Assembly: GCA_944350095.1 (NCBI GenBank)
Contig: CALVOB010000034.1
Location: 1 to 42,407, forward strand
Length of the DNA: 42,407 nucleotides
From: an uncultured Clostridia bacterium
GTDB taxonomy: Bacteria; Bacillota; Clostridia; Christensenellales; UBA1242
Direction: 5' to 3'
This document shows positions 27,788 through 37,687 of this stretch, piece after piece; position 1 is the first letter of the stretch; every line of letters starts with the position of its first letter. A program made the translations under genes and the position numbers. The notes under the pieces were generated by a model. The model saw only the letters and a program-made list of their open reading frames with translations. It was not told where the DNA came from and ran no database searches.

Positions 27788-28833
27788 TCAACATCTCCAC
27801 TTGTTTCATAAATAGATAAAGCATTTATTTGTGCTTTACTTAATGGTAAATTTAAATGCTCATAAGCACCCTTTAATGCAACGCGTCCGCGAGGAGTTCT
27901 AGCAATAAAGCCTAATTGTATTAAATATGGTTCATAAACATCTTCTATTGTTGTTGAATCTTCGCCCGTAGCAGATGCAAGAGTATCCAAGCCAACAGGC
28001 CCACCACCGAATTTATTTATTATATTTAAAAGAATTCTTCTATCAATATGGTCTAGCCCTAATTTATCTATCTCTAAAAGTTCAAGTGCTTTGTTAGTTA
28101 AATCCTTTGTAACTAGGCCATTGCCATAAACTTCTGCATAATCTCTAACACGCTTTAAAATTCTATTTGCTAAACGAGGAGTTCCCCTACTACGCCTTGC
28201 AATTTCTAGGCTTGCATCAGGCTCAATTTTTATGTTTAACACACTTGCAGAACGCTCTACAATCTCTTGAAGCTCTTTTTCGTTGTATAATTCAAGACGA
28301 CATAACACTCCAAAACGGTCACGAAGTGGCCCTGTTAACATTCCTGCCCTAGTTGTTGCACCTATAAGCGTAAAAGGTTGAATTTTTAGCCTCATGTTTT
28401 TAGCTGATGGACCTTTCCCAACTATAAAATCTAAAGCAAAATCTTCCATTGCAGGATATAAAATCTCTTCAACGGATTTATTAAGTCTATGAATTTCATC
28501 TATAAAAAGAACATCGTTTCTTTGAAGATTAGTAAGTATTGCAGCAAGGTCGGCAGCATGTTCTATTGCTGGACCTGATGTTATTTTAATTTGGCTACCA
28601 AGTTCATTTGCAATTATGTGAGAAAGTGTTGTTTTACCTAATCCCGGAGGCCCATATAATAAAACATGGTCTAATGCCTCCTTTCTTTTTTTTGCAGCTT
28701 GAATGTATATAGAAAGTTTTTCCTTAATTTTTTCTTGACCTACATATTCAAGCATACTTGTAGGACGCAAAGAATTTTCTATTTCTGCGTCTGTTAAGGA
28801 TTTAGAACTAGATATAAATCTGTTATTTTCCAT
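27784..28833 (-). CDS. ruvB: Holliday junction branch migration helicase RuvB
   Basis: [36 protein letters not shown]. Confidence 0.98.
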   Translation of the reverse strand: MENNRFISSSKSLTDAEIENSLRPTSMLEYVGQEKIKEKLSIYIQAAKKRKEALDHVLLYGPPGLGKTTLSHIIANELGSQIKITSGPAIEHAADLAAILTNLQRNDVLFIDEIHRLNKSVEEILYPAMEDFALDFIVGKGPSAKNMRLKIQPFTLIGATTRAGMLTGPLRDRFGVLCRLELYNEKELQEIVERSASVLNIKIEPDASLEIARRSRGTPRLANRILKRVRDYAEVYGNGLVTKDLTNKALELLEIDKLGLDHIDRRILLNIINKFGGGPVGLDTLASATGEDSTTIEDVYEPYLIQLGFIARTPRGRVALKGAYEHLNLPLSKAQINALSIYETSGDVE

Positions 28834-28834
28834 A

Positions 28835-29425
28835 CTACTTACCCATATTTCTTAGAACACTTGCAATTATTTCTTCCGCTGTGCTATGTTCGTTTGCATT
28901 TTGTCTTGCAAGTCTAAGTGCTTCATTTTTTGAAAGACCTAATGAAATTAAAGCTTCACAAGCATCATCAAGTACATTTTCATCTATTTGTATAGCATTA
29001 TCTTCAATTAAAACTCCACCAACAGGTGTAAGTTTGTCTTTAAGTTCTAAACATACTCTTTCCGCCGTCTTTTTGCCTAAACCTTTAATTCTAGAAAGTG
29101 CTGTTGTATCTTCTTTTAAAATGCTAACAATTAAATCGGATATGTTCATTCCAGAAAGTATAGTTATTGCCATTTTAGGACCTACACCGCTAACAGATAT
29201 AAGTTTATAAAATAATTCGCGTTCGTCCACTGTAGTAAAACCAAATAAACTAAGCCCATCTTCCTTTACTTGCAAATATGTGTATATTTTACATTCTTCT
29301 CCTACAAGCGGAAGAGTAGCAAGGGTAGCCGTTGAAGTTTGAACTTCATAACCAAGACCATTGCAATTTATTACAATGCCATTTTCAGATTTTTCTTCTA
29401 TTGTTCCTGTGATAAAAGAAATCAT
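28835..29425 (-). CDS. ruvA: Holliday junction branch migration protein RuvA
   Basis: [39 protein letters not shown]. Confidence 0.97.
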   Translation of the reverse strand: MISFITGTIEEKSENGIVINCNGLGYEVQTSTATLATLPLVGEECKIYTYLQVKEDGLSLFGFTTVDERELFYKLISVSGVGPKMAITILSGMNISDLIVSILKEDTTALSRIKGLGKKTAERVCLELKDKLTPVGGVLIEDNAIQIDENVLDDACEALISLGLSKNEALRLARQNANEHSTAEEIIASVLRNMGK

Positions 29426-29434
29426 ATTTTCTCC

Positions 29435-29926
29435 TTAAATTTTGTTTGTGTTAAGAGCTGTGTTAATTTGACTATGACAAATAGCAATAGCTAGTGCATC
29501 TGCCGCATCATCTGGTTTTGGCACTTTTTCCAATCCTAAAAGAGTTTTAACCATATACTGAATTTGATACTTCTCAGCCCTACCAATTCCTGTTAATGCT
29601 TGTTTAACTTGAAGTGGCGTATATTCAAATACATTTTCACACAGCTTTCCGCAAATATGAACAATAACCCCTCTTGCCTCTGCAACAGGAATAATAGTTT
29701 TTTGATTTTTAAAGTAAAACAACTCTTCTATTGCTATTTGGTCTGGCTTATAAGTATCTATAATCTCCGTTAAACAATCTGCTATTATATTTAATCTAAC
29801 AGGCAATGTATCCTCTTTTGGCGTAGTTATAACACCATAATCTACAACTTTTAAATTATAGCCATCACTTTCTATAACACCATAACCTACTATCCCATAA
29901 CCGGGGTCTATACCTAAAATTCTCAA
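29435..29926 (-). CDS. ruvC: Crossover junction endodeoxyribonuclease RuvC
   Basis: ILGIDPG, EELFY, EYTPLQVK, PDDAADALAIAICH. Confidence 0.97.
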   Translation of the reverse strand: MRILGIDPGYGIVGYGVIESDGYNLKVVDYGVITTPKEDTLPVRLNIIADCLTEIIDTYKPDQIAIEELFYFKNQKTIIPVAEARGVIVHICGKLCENVFEYTPLQVKQALTGIGRAEKYQIQYMVKTLLGLEKVPKPDDAADALAIAICHSQINTALNTNKI

Positions 29927-29935
29927 AGCCTTATC

Positions 29936-30655
29936 CTATTTAACATTATGATAAACATTTTGAACATCATCTAAATCTTCAAGAGCATCTATCATCTTTT
30001 CAAATTGTGTCTGCTTTGCTTCATCAAGTTCAACATACATATCTGGAACAAGTTCAACATCGTATTCGTTCACTTCAATTCCATTATTTTTTAAACTTTC
30101 TACAACGCTATTTAATTCATCAGAAGCAGTTTCAATAGTAAAACAATCTTCATCTTCAAGCACATCTTTTGCGCCTGCTTCTAATGCTTGCATTAATATT
30201 TCATCGCTATCCATTTTATCATTTTTTTCTAAAATTATTATTCCTTTTCTTTTAAAAAGATAGGAAACGCAACCGCTTGCTCCTAAACTTCCACCATGTT
30301 TATCAAAGGCATGACGAACATCACCAGCAGTTCTGTTTTTATTATCTGTTAAACATTCAACTATAACAGCAGAACCACCTACACCATAACCCTCATAAGT
30401 TGTATTTTCATAGTTTACATTAGAAAGCTCTCCTGTTGCCTTTTTTATTGCCCTTTGAATAGAATCGTTTGGCATATTGTTCTGTTTAGCTTTTGCAATT
30501 ATATCGCGAAGCTTAGAATTAGAAACAGGGTCTGCTCCTCCCGTTTTAACTACTACTGCTATTTCTCTACCTATTTTTGTAAAGATTTTTCCTCTTTCGG
30601 CATCACTTTTTCCTTTTCTTGCTTGTATATTGTGCCATTTACTATGACCTGACAT
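29936..30655 (-). CDS. yebC: YebC/PmpR family protein
   Basis: MSGHSKW.NI, YEGYG.GG, TDNKNRT, DDVQNVYHN. Confidence 0.96.
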   Translation of the reverse strand: MSGHSKWHNIQARKGKSDAERGKIFTKIGREIAVVVKTGGADPVSNSKLRDIIAKAKQNNMPNDSIQRAIKKATGELSNVNYENTTYEGYGVGGSAVIVECLTDNKNRTAGDVRHAFDKHGGSLGASGCVSYLFKRKGIIILEKNDKMDSDEILMQALEAGAKDVLEDEDCFTIETASDELNSVVESLKNNGIEVNEYDVELVPDMYVELDEAKQTQFEKMIDALEDLDDVQNVYHNVK

Positions 30656-30659
30656 AAAT

Positions 30660-31376
30660 TTAACTCCTTGAATAAATTTGATACATAATTATGCTTCCCG
30701 CTACGGAAGCATTTAAGCTTTCAAGTCCATTTGCCATTGGTATGGAAACAGACTTATTGCATACTTTTTTTAGTTCTTCGCTTACACCATTCCCCTCATT
30801 TCCAACCACAATGCCAATATTTTTTGGAAAAGTTATTTTATAAATATTTTCTCCATACATATCAGCGTAGCACATATGTAAGCCAAAACACATGTTTAAA
30901 AATTCATTTTTAGTACATTCAAAAATGTTGAGCTTGAAAATTGCTCCCATTGAACTTCTTACTACTTTATCACTTGCAACTTTTACACAGTTAATAAGGT
31001 AAACATCTTTAAAATTTGCCCCTAGTGCAGAACGAAGAAGTGTTCCAACATTTCCAGGGTCTTGAAGCTCGTCTAAAACTAAAAAATTCGATTTTGGAAC
31101 ACTAAGAGGCTTTTTTTCAACCTTTAATATCCCTATTAATCCTTGCGAATTTACTGTTTGAGAAAATGTTTTAAAAATTTCCTCAGAAACTAAAACATTT
31201 TCTCCCCCATAGTCCGTTTTACCAGCATAATTTTCTTTAATAATTAAGTATTCAATTTTATAACCAGCTTTAACTGCCTCTGATATTAGTTTTGGATTAT
31301 CTAAAAACATAAAGCTTTTATCCTTTAAAAGCCTTTTTAATAGTTTTATCTTTTCATTTTGTACAGAGGTAATCAT
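30660..31376 (-). CDS. TrmH/SpoU family RNA methyltransferase
   Basis: ITSVQN..IK, QDPGNVGTLLRS, GNEGNG, ESLNASVA. Confidence 0.93.
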   Translation of the reverse strand: MITSVQNEKIKLLKRLLKDKSFMFLDNPKLISEAVKAGYKIEYLIIKENYAGKTDYGGENVLVSEEIFKTFSQTVNSQGLIGILKVEKKPLSVPKSNFLVLDELQDPGNVGTLLRSALGANFKDVYLINCVKVASDKVVRSSMGAIFKLNIFECTKNEFLNMCFGLHMCYADMYGENIYKITFPKNIGIVVGNEGNGVSEELKKVCNKSVSIPMANGLESLNASVAGSIIMYQIYSRS

Positions 31377-31430
31377 AGCATTATTATAAATATATTTAAA
31401 AATTTTTGCAACCTTTTAAGCTAGGCTTTA

Positions 31431-31456
31431 AAAAAACTTATCCGAAGATAAGTTTT
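31431..31456 (-). terminator. Intrinsic terminator of infC-rpmI-rplT operon
   Basis: AAAACTTATC-TTCG-GATAAGTTTT-TT on minus strand. Confidence 0.75.
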
Positions 31457-31506
31457 AAAAACTTTAAATTGAAAAATATTAACTAATTAATATTATATTA
31501 TATAGA

Positions 31507-31860
31507 CTAAGCAATAGCTTTTTTTGCTGTTTCTACAAGTTCACTAAAAGCTTTTTCATCACGAGCAGCAAGGTCTGCTAAAACTTTTCTATTTAAATTT
31601 ATATTAGACTTTTTTAAACCAAACATAAATTTACTATAAGAAATTCCGTTTAATTTGCAAGCAGCTGAAATTCTTGTAATCCAAAGACTTCTAAAATTTC
31701 TCTTTCTTTGTTTTCTTCCAATATAAGCATATTGTCCGCTCTTCATAACTTGTTGACGAGCTACTCTGTATAGCTTACTTTTAGATCCGCGATAGCCTTT
31801 TGCTTGTTTTAAAATGGCTCTGCGTTTTTTAAGTGCTGTAACTGATCTTTTAATTCTCAT
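31507..31860 (-). CDS. rplT: 50S ribosomal protein L20
   Basis: MRIKR, AKGYRG, FRSLWITRI, LNRKVLADLA. Confidence 0.99.
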   Translation of the reverse strand: MRIKRSVTALKKRRAILKQAKGYRGSKSKLYRVARQQVMKSGQYAYIGRKQRKRNFRSLWITRISAACKLNGISYSKFMFGLKKSNINLNRKVLADLAARDEKAFSELVETAKKAIA

Positions 31861-31874
31861 ATTCTCTCTCCTTA

Positions 31875-32069
31875 TTAACCTTGAACCATCTTTTTGATGT
31901 TCTTAGCTTGCTTTCCTGTAAGGTAAGCACCTTTTCTTAATTTTCTTTTTCTTGATGGACTTTTTTCTGTTAAAAAGTGTCCGCGGTCTGTTTTAGCTAT
32001 TTTAACTTTGCCATTAGAGTTTATTTTAAAACGCTTTTTTGCTCCGCTATGTGATTTTAGTTTTGGCAT
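31875..32069 (-). CDS. rpmI: 50S ribosomal protein L35
   Basis: MPKLKSHSGAKKRF; position between infC and rplT. Confidence 0.98.
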   Translation of the reverse strand: MPKLKSHSGAKKRFKINSNGKVKIAKTDRGHFLTEKSPSRKRKLRKGAYLTGKQAKNIKKMVQG

Positions 32070-32081
32070 ATTCTTTCTCCT

Positions 32082-32591
32082 TTAATTCTTTTTAGGGTTT
32101 ACAATTAAGATAACATTTCTTCCAACAACTTCGGGTTCTTTATCGTAAGTTCCATTTGCTTCAAGCATTGAATAAAACTTTTTAACAACTTCAACTGCAT
32201 TTTGTTTATACGCTTGTTGTCTTCCTTTCATTCTAAGCACAACTTTAACTTTGTTGCCCTCTTGAAGAAAACGATTTCCGTGTTTTGCTTTTACTTCCAT
32301 ATCGTGAGTGTCTATGGTCATTGAAAGCTGAATTTCTTTTAACTCAGAAACTTTTTGATTTTTTCTAAGTTCCTTTTCTTTTTTGATGGAATCGAATTTA
32401 TATTTTCCATAATCCATTAGTTTACAAACTGCAGGATTTCCAGAATTTAACAAGGCTAAATCAAGACCTCGTTTGTCTGCTTCATTTAAAGCTTCTTCTA
32501 AACTCATAATTCCAAGTTGCTCCCCTGTTTCAGCAACAAGCCTTACGCTGTCAGCACGAATTTGTTCGTTTATAAGTAGTTCCTTAAAAAT
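32082..32591 (-). CDS. infC: Translation initiation factor IF-3 (probable ATT start)
   Basis: INEQIR..VRLV, VCKLMDYGKYKF, GNKVKV; in-frame ATT at 32591 after AAGGGG RBS, as expected for infC autoregulation. Confidence 0.97.
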   Translation of the reverse strand: MFKELLINEQIRADSVRLVAETGEQLGIMSLEEALNEADKRGLDLALLNSGNPAVCKLMDYGKYKFDSIKKEKELRKNQKVSELKEIQLSMTIDTHDMEVKAKHGNRFLQEGNKVKVVLRMKGRQQAYKQNAVEVVKKFYSMLEANGTYDKEPEVVGRNVILIVNPKKN

Positions 32592-32607
32592 GTTTTTATC
32601 CCCCTTA

Positions 32608-32716
32608 CATAAAAAATTGGTGAAAGCATAAAGCCCCACCAAATTTTGATAACAAAATTTTTAAAACCTAATCTAAGCTCTGCTTGACTGGTGAGAAGTG
32701 GTCTTCTGCTTTTACG
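32608..32716 (-). promoter_or_regulatory. Ribosomal protein L20 leader RNA
   Basis: AAGCAGAAG...CTTCTCACC and downstream TTGGTGGG...TTCACCAA-TTTTTT hairpin upstream of infC. Confidence 0.75.
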
Positions 32717-32722
32717 AGCAAA

Positions 32723-32751
32723 ATAATAGCATAAACATTTCACGCTGTCAA
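32723..32751 (-). promoter_or_regulatory. Sigma-A promoter of infC operon
   Basis: TTGACA-17 bp-TATTAT with TG extension. Confidence 0.7.
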
Positions 32752-32780
32752 GCATTTTAAAAAAATATTTAAAAAATTAT

Positions 32781-33161
32781 TTATTTCTTTTGAAACTTTC
32801 CATCTTTTTTGTATACAACAAAATTAGAATCTGAATTTTCGCTAAGTTCTTTAACACGCTTTAAAGCTTCTTCTTTTGTTTCACGACTATCTATAATTCT
32901 TTTAGCACCGTCTTTTTTTATGTTCCAAACCTTAGTTTCCTTATTATAAATAACTCTGTAAACAGATTTTCTGTTTTTTTCTTCCTTTTCCACTTTTTCC
33001 GCTTCCTTTGTTTTCTCTTCGTTATCTATTTTTGTTTCTTTCTTTTCTGACTTTTTAAGCTCTTTTTTAGTTTCAGTAGTACTTTCTACTGTAACTAAGC
33101 TACCTTCTTCCTTTGTTTCTACTTTTTTATCTTCTTTTTTCTTACGCTTGAAAAAACACAT
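32781..33161 (-). CDS. DUF2188-like domain protein with charged N-terminal region
   Basis: WNIKKDGAKR....TKEEAL......VYKKDGKFQ pattern. Confidence 0.75.
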   Translation of the reverse strand: MCFFKRKKKEDKKVETKEEGSLVTVESTTETKKELKKSEKKETKIDNEEKTKEAEKVEKEEKNRKSVYRVIYNKETKVWNIKKDGAKRIIDSRETKEEALKRVKELSENSDSNFVVYKKDGKFQKK

Positions 33162-33215
33162 AAATTTCTCCTTTAAACAGAATTATTTTAACATACTTTT
33201 AAAAAGTTTTCAACA

Positions 33216-34964
33216 TTAATTTAAAACTTTATTATCAATTTCTTTTTTAATTCTAGCAATAAAATCTTCAAGTTTAAGCCCGCTTACATTTTCATTTCTT
33301 CTGCCTCTTAATGAAATTGTATTAGACTTAATTTCCTCTTCACCAATTATTATCATATAAGGAATTTTCATAGAAGATGCACTTCTAATTTTATAGCCTA
33401 TCTTTTCATCTCTGTCATCAATTTCAACTCTAATTTTATTCTTTTCAAGTTCAGCTTTAATCTCTTTACATTTATCTATAAATTTTTCGCTAATTGGAAG
33501 TATTTTAACTTGAACAGGAGAAAGCCAAACAGGAAAAGCACCTGCAAAATTTTCTGTAATAATACCAAAAAATCTATCAATTGAACCATAAATAACCCTA
33601 TGAATCATTACAGGTTCTTTCTTTTCCCCATTTTCATCTATATATTCAAGATTAAATCTCTTTGGAAGTTGCATATCTAGTTGTATAGTTCCACATTGCC
33701 ATGTTCTTCCTATTGCGTCTTTAATATGAATGTCAATTTTTGGACCATAGAATGCTCCATCACCCTCATTTATATAATATTCTCTTCCTATGTGGTCAAG
33801 AGCATTTTTTAAACCTGTTTCAGCGATTTCCCAATCTTTTACATCGCCTATATGATTTTCTGGCATTGTAGAAAGTTCAAGATGATACGTTAAACCAAAC
33901 ACGCTATATATATCATCGACAAGACTTAAAACATTTTTAATTTCATTTTCAATTTGAGATGGTAACATAAATATATGTGCATCATCTTGTGTGAAACATC
34001 TAACTCTGAATAAACCATGTAAAGTTCCACTTGCTTCATGGCGATGTACTTTTCCTAACTCACCCACTCTTAAAGGTAAGTCTTTATACGAATGAACATT
34101 TTCTTTATAATAAAGCATTCCACCAGGACAATTCATTGGCTTTATAGCAAATTCTTCTTCATCAACTTTAAATGTGTACATATTTTGTTTGTAATGGTCC
34201 CAATGTCCAGAAATTTCCCAAAGTTTTCTATTCATGGCAATAGGAGTTTCTATTTCAACATATCCTGCTTTTTGATGCTTTTCTCTCCAAAAAGATATCA
34301 ATTCATTTTTTATTATCATACCATTTGGTTCATAGAAAGGCATACCTTTTGCATAATCTGATATAAAATATAAACCTAATTCTTTTCCTAGCTTTCTATG
34401 ATCTCTTTTAGCTGCCTCTTCAAGCATGTGCAAATGATCTTTTAAATTTTGTTTATCAGCAAAGCCTAAAACATAAACTCTTTGCATCATCTTATTTTTT
34501 TCATTTCCTCTCCAATAAGCCCCAGATACTCTATTTATTTTAAAAGCAAAATTTCTTAAAAATTTTGTGTTCTCTACATGAGGTCCTTTACATAGGTCTG
34601 TAAATTTATCTCCAAGTTCATAGATTGAAATTTCTTCATTTTCTGGTAAATCATTTATAAGTTCAACTTTGTATGGTTGATTTTTAAACATATCTAATGC
34701 TTCTTTCTTTGATATAACTTTTTTTGTCATATCAAGATTTTGAGAAATAATTTCTTTCATTTTTTCTTCAATTTTAGTAAAGTCGTCTGGCAAAATACTT
34801 TTATCTAAATCAAAGTCATAATAAAAGCCATTTTCAATAGCAGGACCAATACCAAATTTAACTTTATCGCCGTAAATTTGCTTAATTGCACCAGCAAGCA
34901 CATGTGCCATTGTATGACGCATTTTTAATTCTAATTCTTGTTTTTCATCTCTAATTTTTTCCAT
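33216..34964 (-). CDS. thrS: Threonine--tRNA ligase (no N-terminal TGS domain)
   Basis: RHTMAH, DLCKGPH, RDHRKLG, KPMNCPG, GAFYGPKID, MIHR. Confidence 0.98.
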   Translation of the reverse strand: MEKIRDEKQELELKMRHTMAHVLAGAIKQIYGDKVKFGIGPAIENGFYYDFDLDKSILPDDFTKIEEKMKEIISQNLDMTKKVISKKEALDMFKNQPYKVELINDLPENEEISIYELGDKFTDLCKGPHVENTKFLRNFAFKINRVSGAYWRGNEKNKMMQRVYVLGFADKQNLKDHLHMLEEAAKRDHRKLGKELGLYFISDYAKGMPFYEPNGMIIKNELISFWREKHQKAGYVEIETPIAMNRKLWEISGHWDHYKQNMYTFKVDEEEFAIKPMNCPGGMLYYKENVHSYKDLPLRVGELGKVHRHEASGTLHGLFRVRCFTQDDAHIFMLPSQIENEIKNVLSLVDDIYSVFGLTYHLELSTMPENHIGDVKDWEIAETGLKNALDHIGREYYINEGDGAFYGPKIDIHIKDAIGRTWQCGTIQLDMQLPKRFNLEYIDENGEKKEPVMIHRVIYGSIDRFFGIITENFAGAFPVWLSPVQVKILPISEKFIDKCKEIKAELEKNKIRVEIDDRDEKIGYKIRSASSMKIPYMIIIGEEEIKSNTISLRGRRNENVSGLKLEDFIARIKKEIDNKVLN

Positions 34965-34992
34965 TTTTTATCTCCTTTTTGGGCTTTTTAAA

Positions 34993-35200
34993 ATAAAAAA
35001 GCCCCTAAAACTATTTTAGTTTTAAGGACGAAAATTTCTTTCCGCGGTTCCACCTTAATTGCAATTTCTTGCCACTTTAAAGTATTCTCACAGAAGCAAA
35101 AGTGGTTTCGGATTTTCCTAGAAGTTACACGGCTTCCAGCCACGACCGTGATTCTCTTTAACCCTAGCTTGAAAATTCTACTTGTCTTTCGCTTTTTTAT
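34993..35200 (-). promoter_or_regulatory. T-box riboswitch (Thr specifier ACC) upstream of thrS
   Basis: T-box AAGGTGGAACCGCG (35043-35056), antiterminator CGTCCTT, terminator hairpin with T-run, GAA-ACC-ACT specifier (35104-35106). Confidence 0.9.
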
Positions 35201-35212
35201 CTGCTTGATGGC

Positions 35213-35241
35213 ATTTTAGCATTATAAAAATCTTTTGTCAA
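35213..35241 (-). promoter_or_regulatory. Sigma-A promoter of thrS leader
   Basis: TTGACA-17 bp-TAAAAT with TG extension. Confidence 0.7.
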
Positions 35242-35995
35242 CAATTTTTGCACTTTGTTTTGGTAAAATATTTGTTCTGTTGGAATATATGCAATTTATT
35301 AAATTTAGTTCATCACTTGAAGAGTCTGTATATATATTAATTTTTCTTGGTGAAAGTGCAATAATGTTTTCTACAAGCCAAATTCCATCACCTTTTTCTT
35401 TTAAAACATCTATGTCTTTAAAGTTTTCATCAAGAACTTGATAACCATCGGCATCTGAAATTATATTTACTGTATCAAAACTAATTTCAAGATTATCTAC
35501 TAAAAATTTAAGTAGTTCTATAAAAGTATCCTCTGTTAAAAGATATGATGAATTTTCATTGGCAATTTTTGTTAATTCAAGCCATTTATTTTTTAATATT
35601 TTTAATTTAAATTCAAAAAAAGATTCAAGATAAAGATTTTTATCAAGGGATAAATACTTTTCAACTAAATACCTATCAGTTTCCTTATCAAAATATTGAA
35701 GCGCCTTTTCAAATGCAGATATACTAATCCTATTTTTTAATTGTACTTTTAAATTTTTTCTTAAAAATTCATTTTTAAAATATGAACAAATTGCTTCCGT
35801 GATAAAACTTTTCACATAATAGTAAAGCCTTGTTTTTTCTTCTTCACCGCAAGCAATAACTATATGTATAAGTTCAGCTTGGTCAAAAGAGGTTATTACC
35901 CCACCTACTTCTTCTACATATTTTTTTAAATTGTTATATAAAAATTTTGCAACGTTGCTATGCTCAGCTTGAAGCATAATAGAAAACTCCCACAT
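35222..35995 (-). CDS. ytxC: Putative sporulation protein YtxC
   Basis: LESFFEFKL, FIELLKFLV, IALSPRKI.IY; conserved position upstream of thrS; start moved to MWEF (AGGAG RBS). Confidence 0.75.
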   Translation of the reverse strand: MWEFSIMLQAEHSNVAKFLYNNLKKYVEEVGGVITSFDQAELIHIVIACGEEEKTRLYYYVKSFITEAICSYFKNEFLRKNLKVQLKNRISISAFEKALQYFDKETDRYLVEKYLSLDKNLYLESFFEFKLKILKNKWLELTKIANENSSYLLTEDTFIELLKFLVDNLEISFDTVNIISDADGYQVLDENFKDIDVLKEKGDGIWLVENIIALSPRKINIYTDSSSDELNLINCIYSNRTNILPKQSAKIVDKRFL

Positions 35996-36113
35996 AAATA
36001 GCTCCTGTGGTATTTTATGCAAGGAATAAAAAAATACTCTTTAATTTATAAAATTTACATAAGTTTATTTGACAAAACTAATAATATAATGGTAAAAAAT
36101 TACGAGGGAAATT

Positions 36114-36956
36114 ATGAAAAGTATAGTAAAAAAATGTTTAAGTATGGTTTTGGCATTGTTTTGCCTTGCATTTATTTTAACAGGTTGTGAAGAAATAAAA
36201 AATCATAAAATAACGGTAACATCGTGGGATATTACAACAGGTAGCGTTTCTGGTTATGGCACATATAAAACAGGTTATGAAGTTACACTTACAGCCACCC
36301 CAAAATCAGAACAAAACAGGTTTTTAGCTTGGTTAAAAGATGGCTATGTGGTCTCTCAAGAAAATCCATACACTTTTACAGCTAACGATGATACACAAGG
36401 AAAATATATAGCTATATTTAATTCAGAGTATTTAGATTTACTACAATTATCTTCCGCTAGTGTAACACTTCCAGGTCTTCCAATAGAAGATGGCACACAA
36501 GAAACAACAATTACAAGTTTTACTAATATATCTTTTCAAATAGGAACAAGTTCAGATGTTCTATTAAATATAGCAACACAAGAGAATGTAACACCTACAC
36601 CACCATTAGTTTTTACAGATGATTTTACAATACTCCCTTATGTTCTTGATAAAGATTTGGAATATTATATAACTTTTTCAATGACAGTACAATATAAAGA
36701 TAATTTAAGTGGTGAAATAACAACTAAAAAGTATCCAACCCAAATTAAAATTAATTTTTCAAGTCTTGGAACAAGCCAAAATGGAAATCTGATAATTGCA
36801 CAAGATGAAACAACAGGAAATTATACAATAACAAGAAAGAATTTAACAGCTGACTCATCTTGGACTGTAACAGAAGAAGCCAGTCCGACATTTGTACTCA
36901 CCTTTTCAAGTTTAAGTTTTGAACAACCTGAAGAAGACATTGAAGAAAATATTTAA
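36114..36956 (+). CDS. Lipoprotein with an InlB B-repeat/Flg_new-like beta domain
   Basis: Lipobox LTGC; G.VSG.GTY..G.EVTLTATP....F..W......S....Y.F pattern. Confidence 0.75.
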   Translation: MKSIVKKCLSMVLALFCLAFILTGCEEIKNHKITVTSWDITTGSVSGYGTYKTGYEVTLTATPKSEQNRFLAWLKDGYVVSQENPYTFTANDDTQGKYIAIFNSEYLDLLQLSSASVTLPGLPIEDGTQETTITSFTNISFQIGTSSDVLLNIATQENVTPTPPLVFTDDFTILPYVLDKDLEYYITFSMTVQYKDNLSGEITTKKYPTQIKINFSSLGTSQNGNLIIAQDETTGNYTITRKNLTADSSWTVTEEASPTFVLTFSSLSFEQPEEDIEENI

Positions 36957-36962
36957 GAAAAT

Positions 36963-36988
36963 AAAGGACCTATAAATAGGTCTTTTTT
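36963..36988 (+). terminator. Intrinsic terminator after lipoprotein gene
   Basis: AAAGGACCTAT-AA-ATAGGTCTTTTTT. Confidence 0.7.
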
Positions 36989-37104
36989 ATTTAATAATTA
37001 ATTATAATAATTTAATTTTTGAAATTTAATATGTTGATTAAACTATATGTAAATAAACACTATATATTAAACATTATGTTAACATAACAAATGAAAAAAT
37101 GAAT

Positions 37105-37130
37105 AAAAAAAGCATACTATTTAGTATGCT
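37105..37130 (-). terminator. Original terminator of the tRNA-Val transcript
   Basis: AGCATACTA/TAGTATGCT stem followed by T-run on minus strand, just downstream of the tRNA 3' fragment. Confidence 0.6.
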
Positions 37131-37162
37131 ATATCAAGCTAATATTATAATAAGTTAATTTA

Positions 37163-37208
37163 TGGTGGGAGTTATAGGACTCGAACCTATGACCCTCTGC
37201 TTGTAAGG
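37163..37208 (-). pseudogene. Displaced 3' half of tRNA-Val(TAC), i.e. att site of the integrated element (not a complete tRNA)
   Basis: Minus strand CCTTACAAGCAGAGGGTCATAGGTTCGAGTCCTATAACTCCCACCA: anticodon loop, T arm, acceptor 3' strand and CCA; no D arm or 5' acceptor strand upstream. Confidence 0.92.
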
Positions 37209-37256
37209 AAAACTTAAAACGGCTACAAGCCGCATAAATAAAGGCTTTCATGAAAT

Positions 37257-37278
37257 TTGACCACAATCTTGACCACAA
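37257..37278. repeat. Direct repeat TTGACCACAA x2 (12-bp period); probable tyrosine-integrase arm-type sites
   Basis: Seen directly, about 50 bp inside the element from the att core. Confidence 0.65.
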
Positions 37279-37300
37279 AAATATTACAAAAAATTATTAA

Positions 37301-37328
37301 AAAAGAACTAGCAAACGCTAGTTCTTTT
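37301..37328 (-). terminator. Terminator of the element's leftward operon
   Basis: Perfect 12-bp stem AAAAGAACTAGC-AAAC-GCTAGTTCTTTT. Confidence 0.75.
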
Positions 37329-37369
37329 GTATAGCTTTTTATATTTTTACTTATTGCTATTAATACAAC

Positions 37370-37660
37370 TTAGTTTTCTTTCCATACCTTTATTATTTCT
37401 TCTATCTCTTCTTTTGTTTTGCCTTCCTTTGCTAGCTGTTTTCTTTTATATTCTTCAGCTGCTTTTATAGATTCATAATAAAAGCCTGGATCTACATAAT
37501 TATCTATAGCTTCATAATATTCCTTATGACTTTGTACCACTTCTGGTATTTTCTTTCCTTCTTCTGTTAACTCATATCTTCCTATAAGCTCGTTCCCTTT
37601 TTGTGGTACAAAATAATACCACTCTTTTTTTTCTTTAAAGTATGGTCTACCTAATAACAT
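37370..37660 (-). CDS. Small protein, putative immunity/partner of the upstream metallopeptidase
   Basis: 96 aa; PYF....WYY......Y.LT.....E...S..EYY pattern; AAGGAG RBS; follows HExxH gene. Confidence 0.55.
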   Translation of the reverse strand: MLLGRPYFKEKKEWYYFVPQKGNELIGRYELTEEGKKIPEVVQSHKEYYEAIDNYVDPGFYYESIKAAEEYKRKQLAKEGKTKEEIEEIIKVWKEN

Positions 37661-37687
37661 AAATCTATCTCCTTTTTAAGTTTATTA

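Noticed and set aside
32570-32755. 61-aa ORF and the N-terminal extension of infC to 32642
   Set aside because: Region is the infC promoter and L20 leader; ATT start at 32591 is more plausible
33216-34964. ThrRS lacking the TGS domain as a novelty
   Set aside because: Short ThrRS forms are already known in many bacteria; editing and catalytic motifs are intact
37074-37087. Palindrome TTATGTTAACATAA resembling a XerD arm of dif
   Set aside because: No 6-bp spacer and no XerC arm; lies in very AT-rich DNA and tRNA integration already explains the boundary
37163-37240. Complete tRNA-Val gene
   Set aside because: Similarity stops at the anticodon loop (37208); no D arm or 5' acceptor strand, so it is an att remnant
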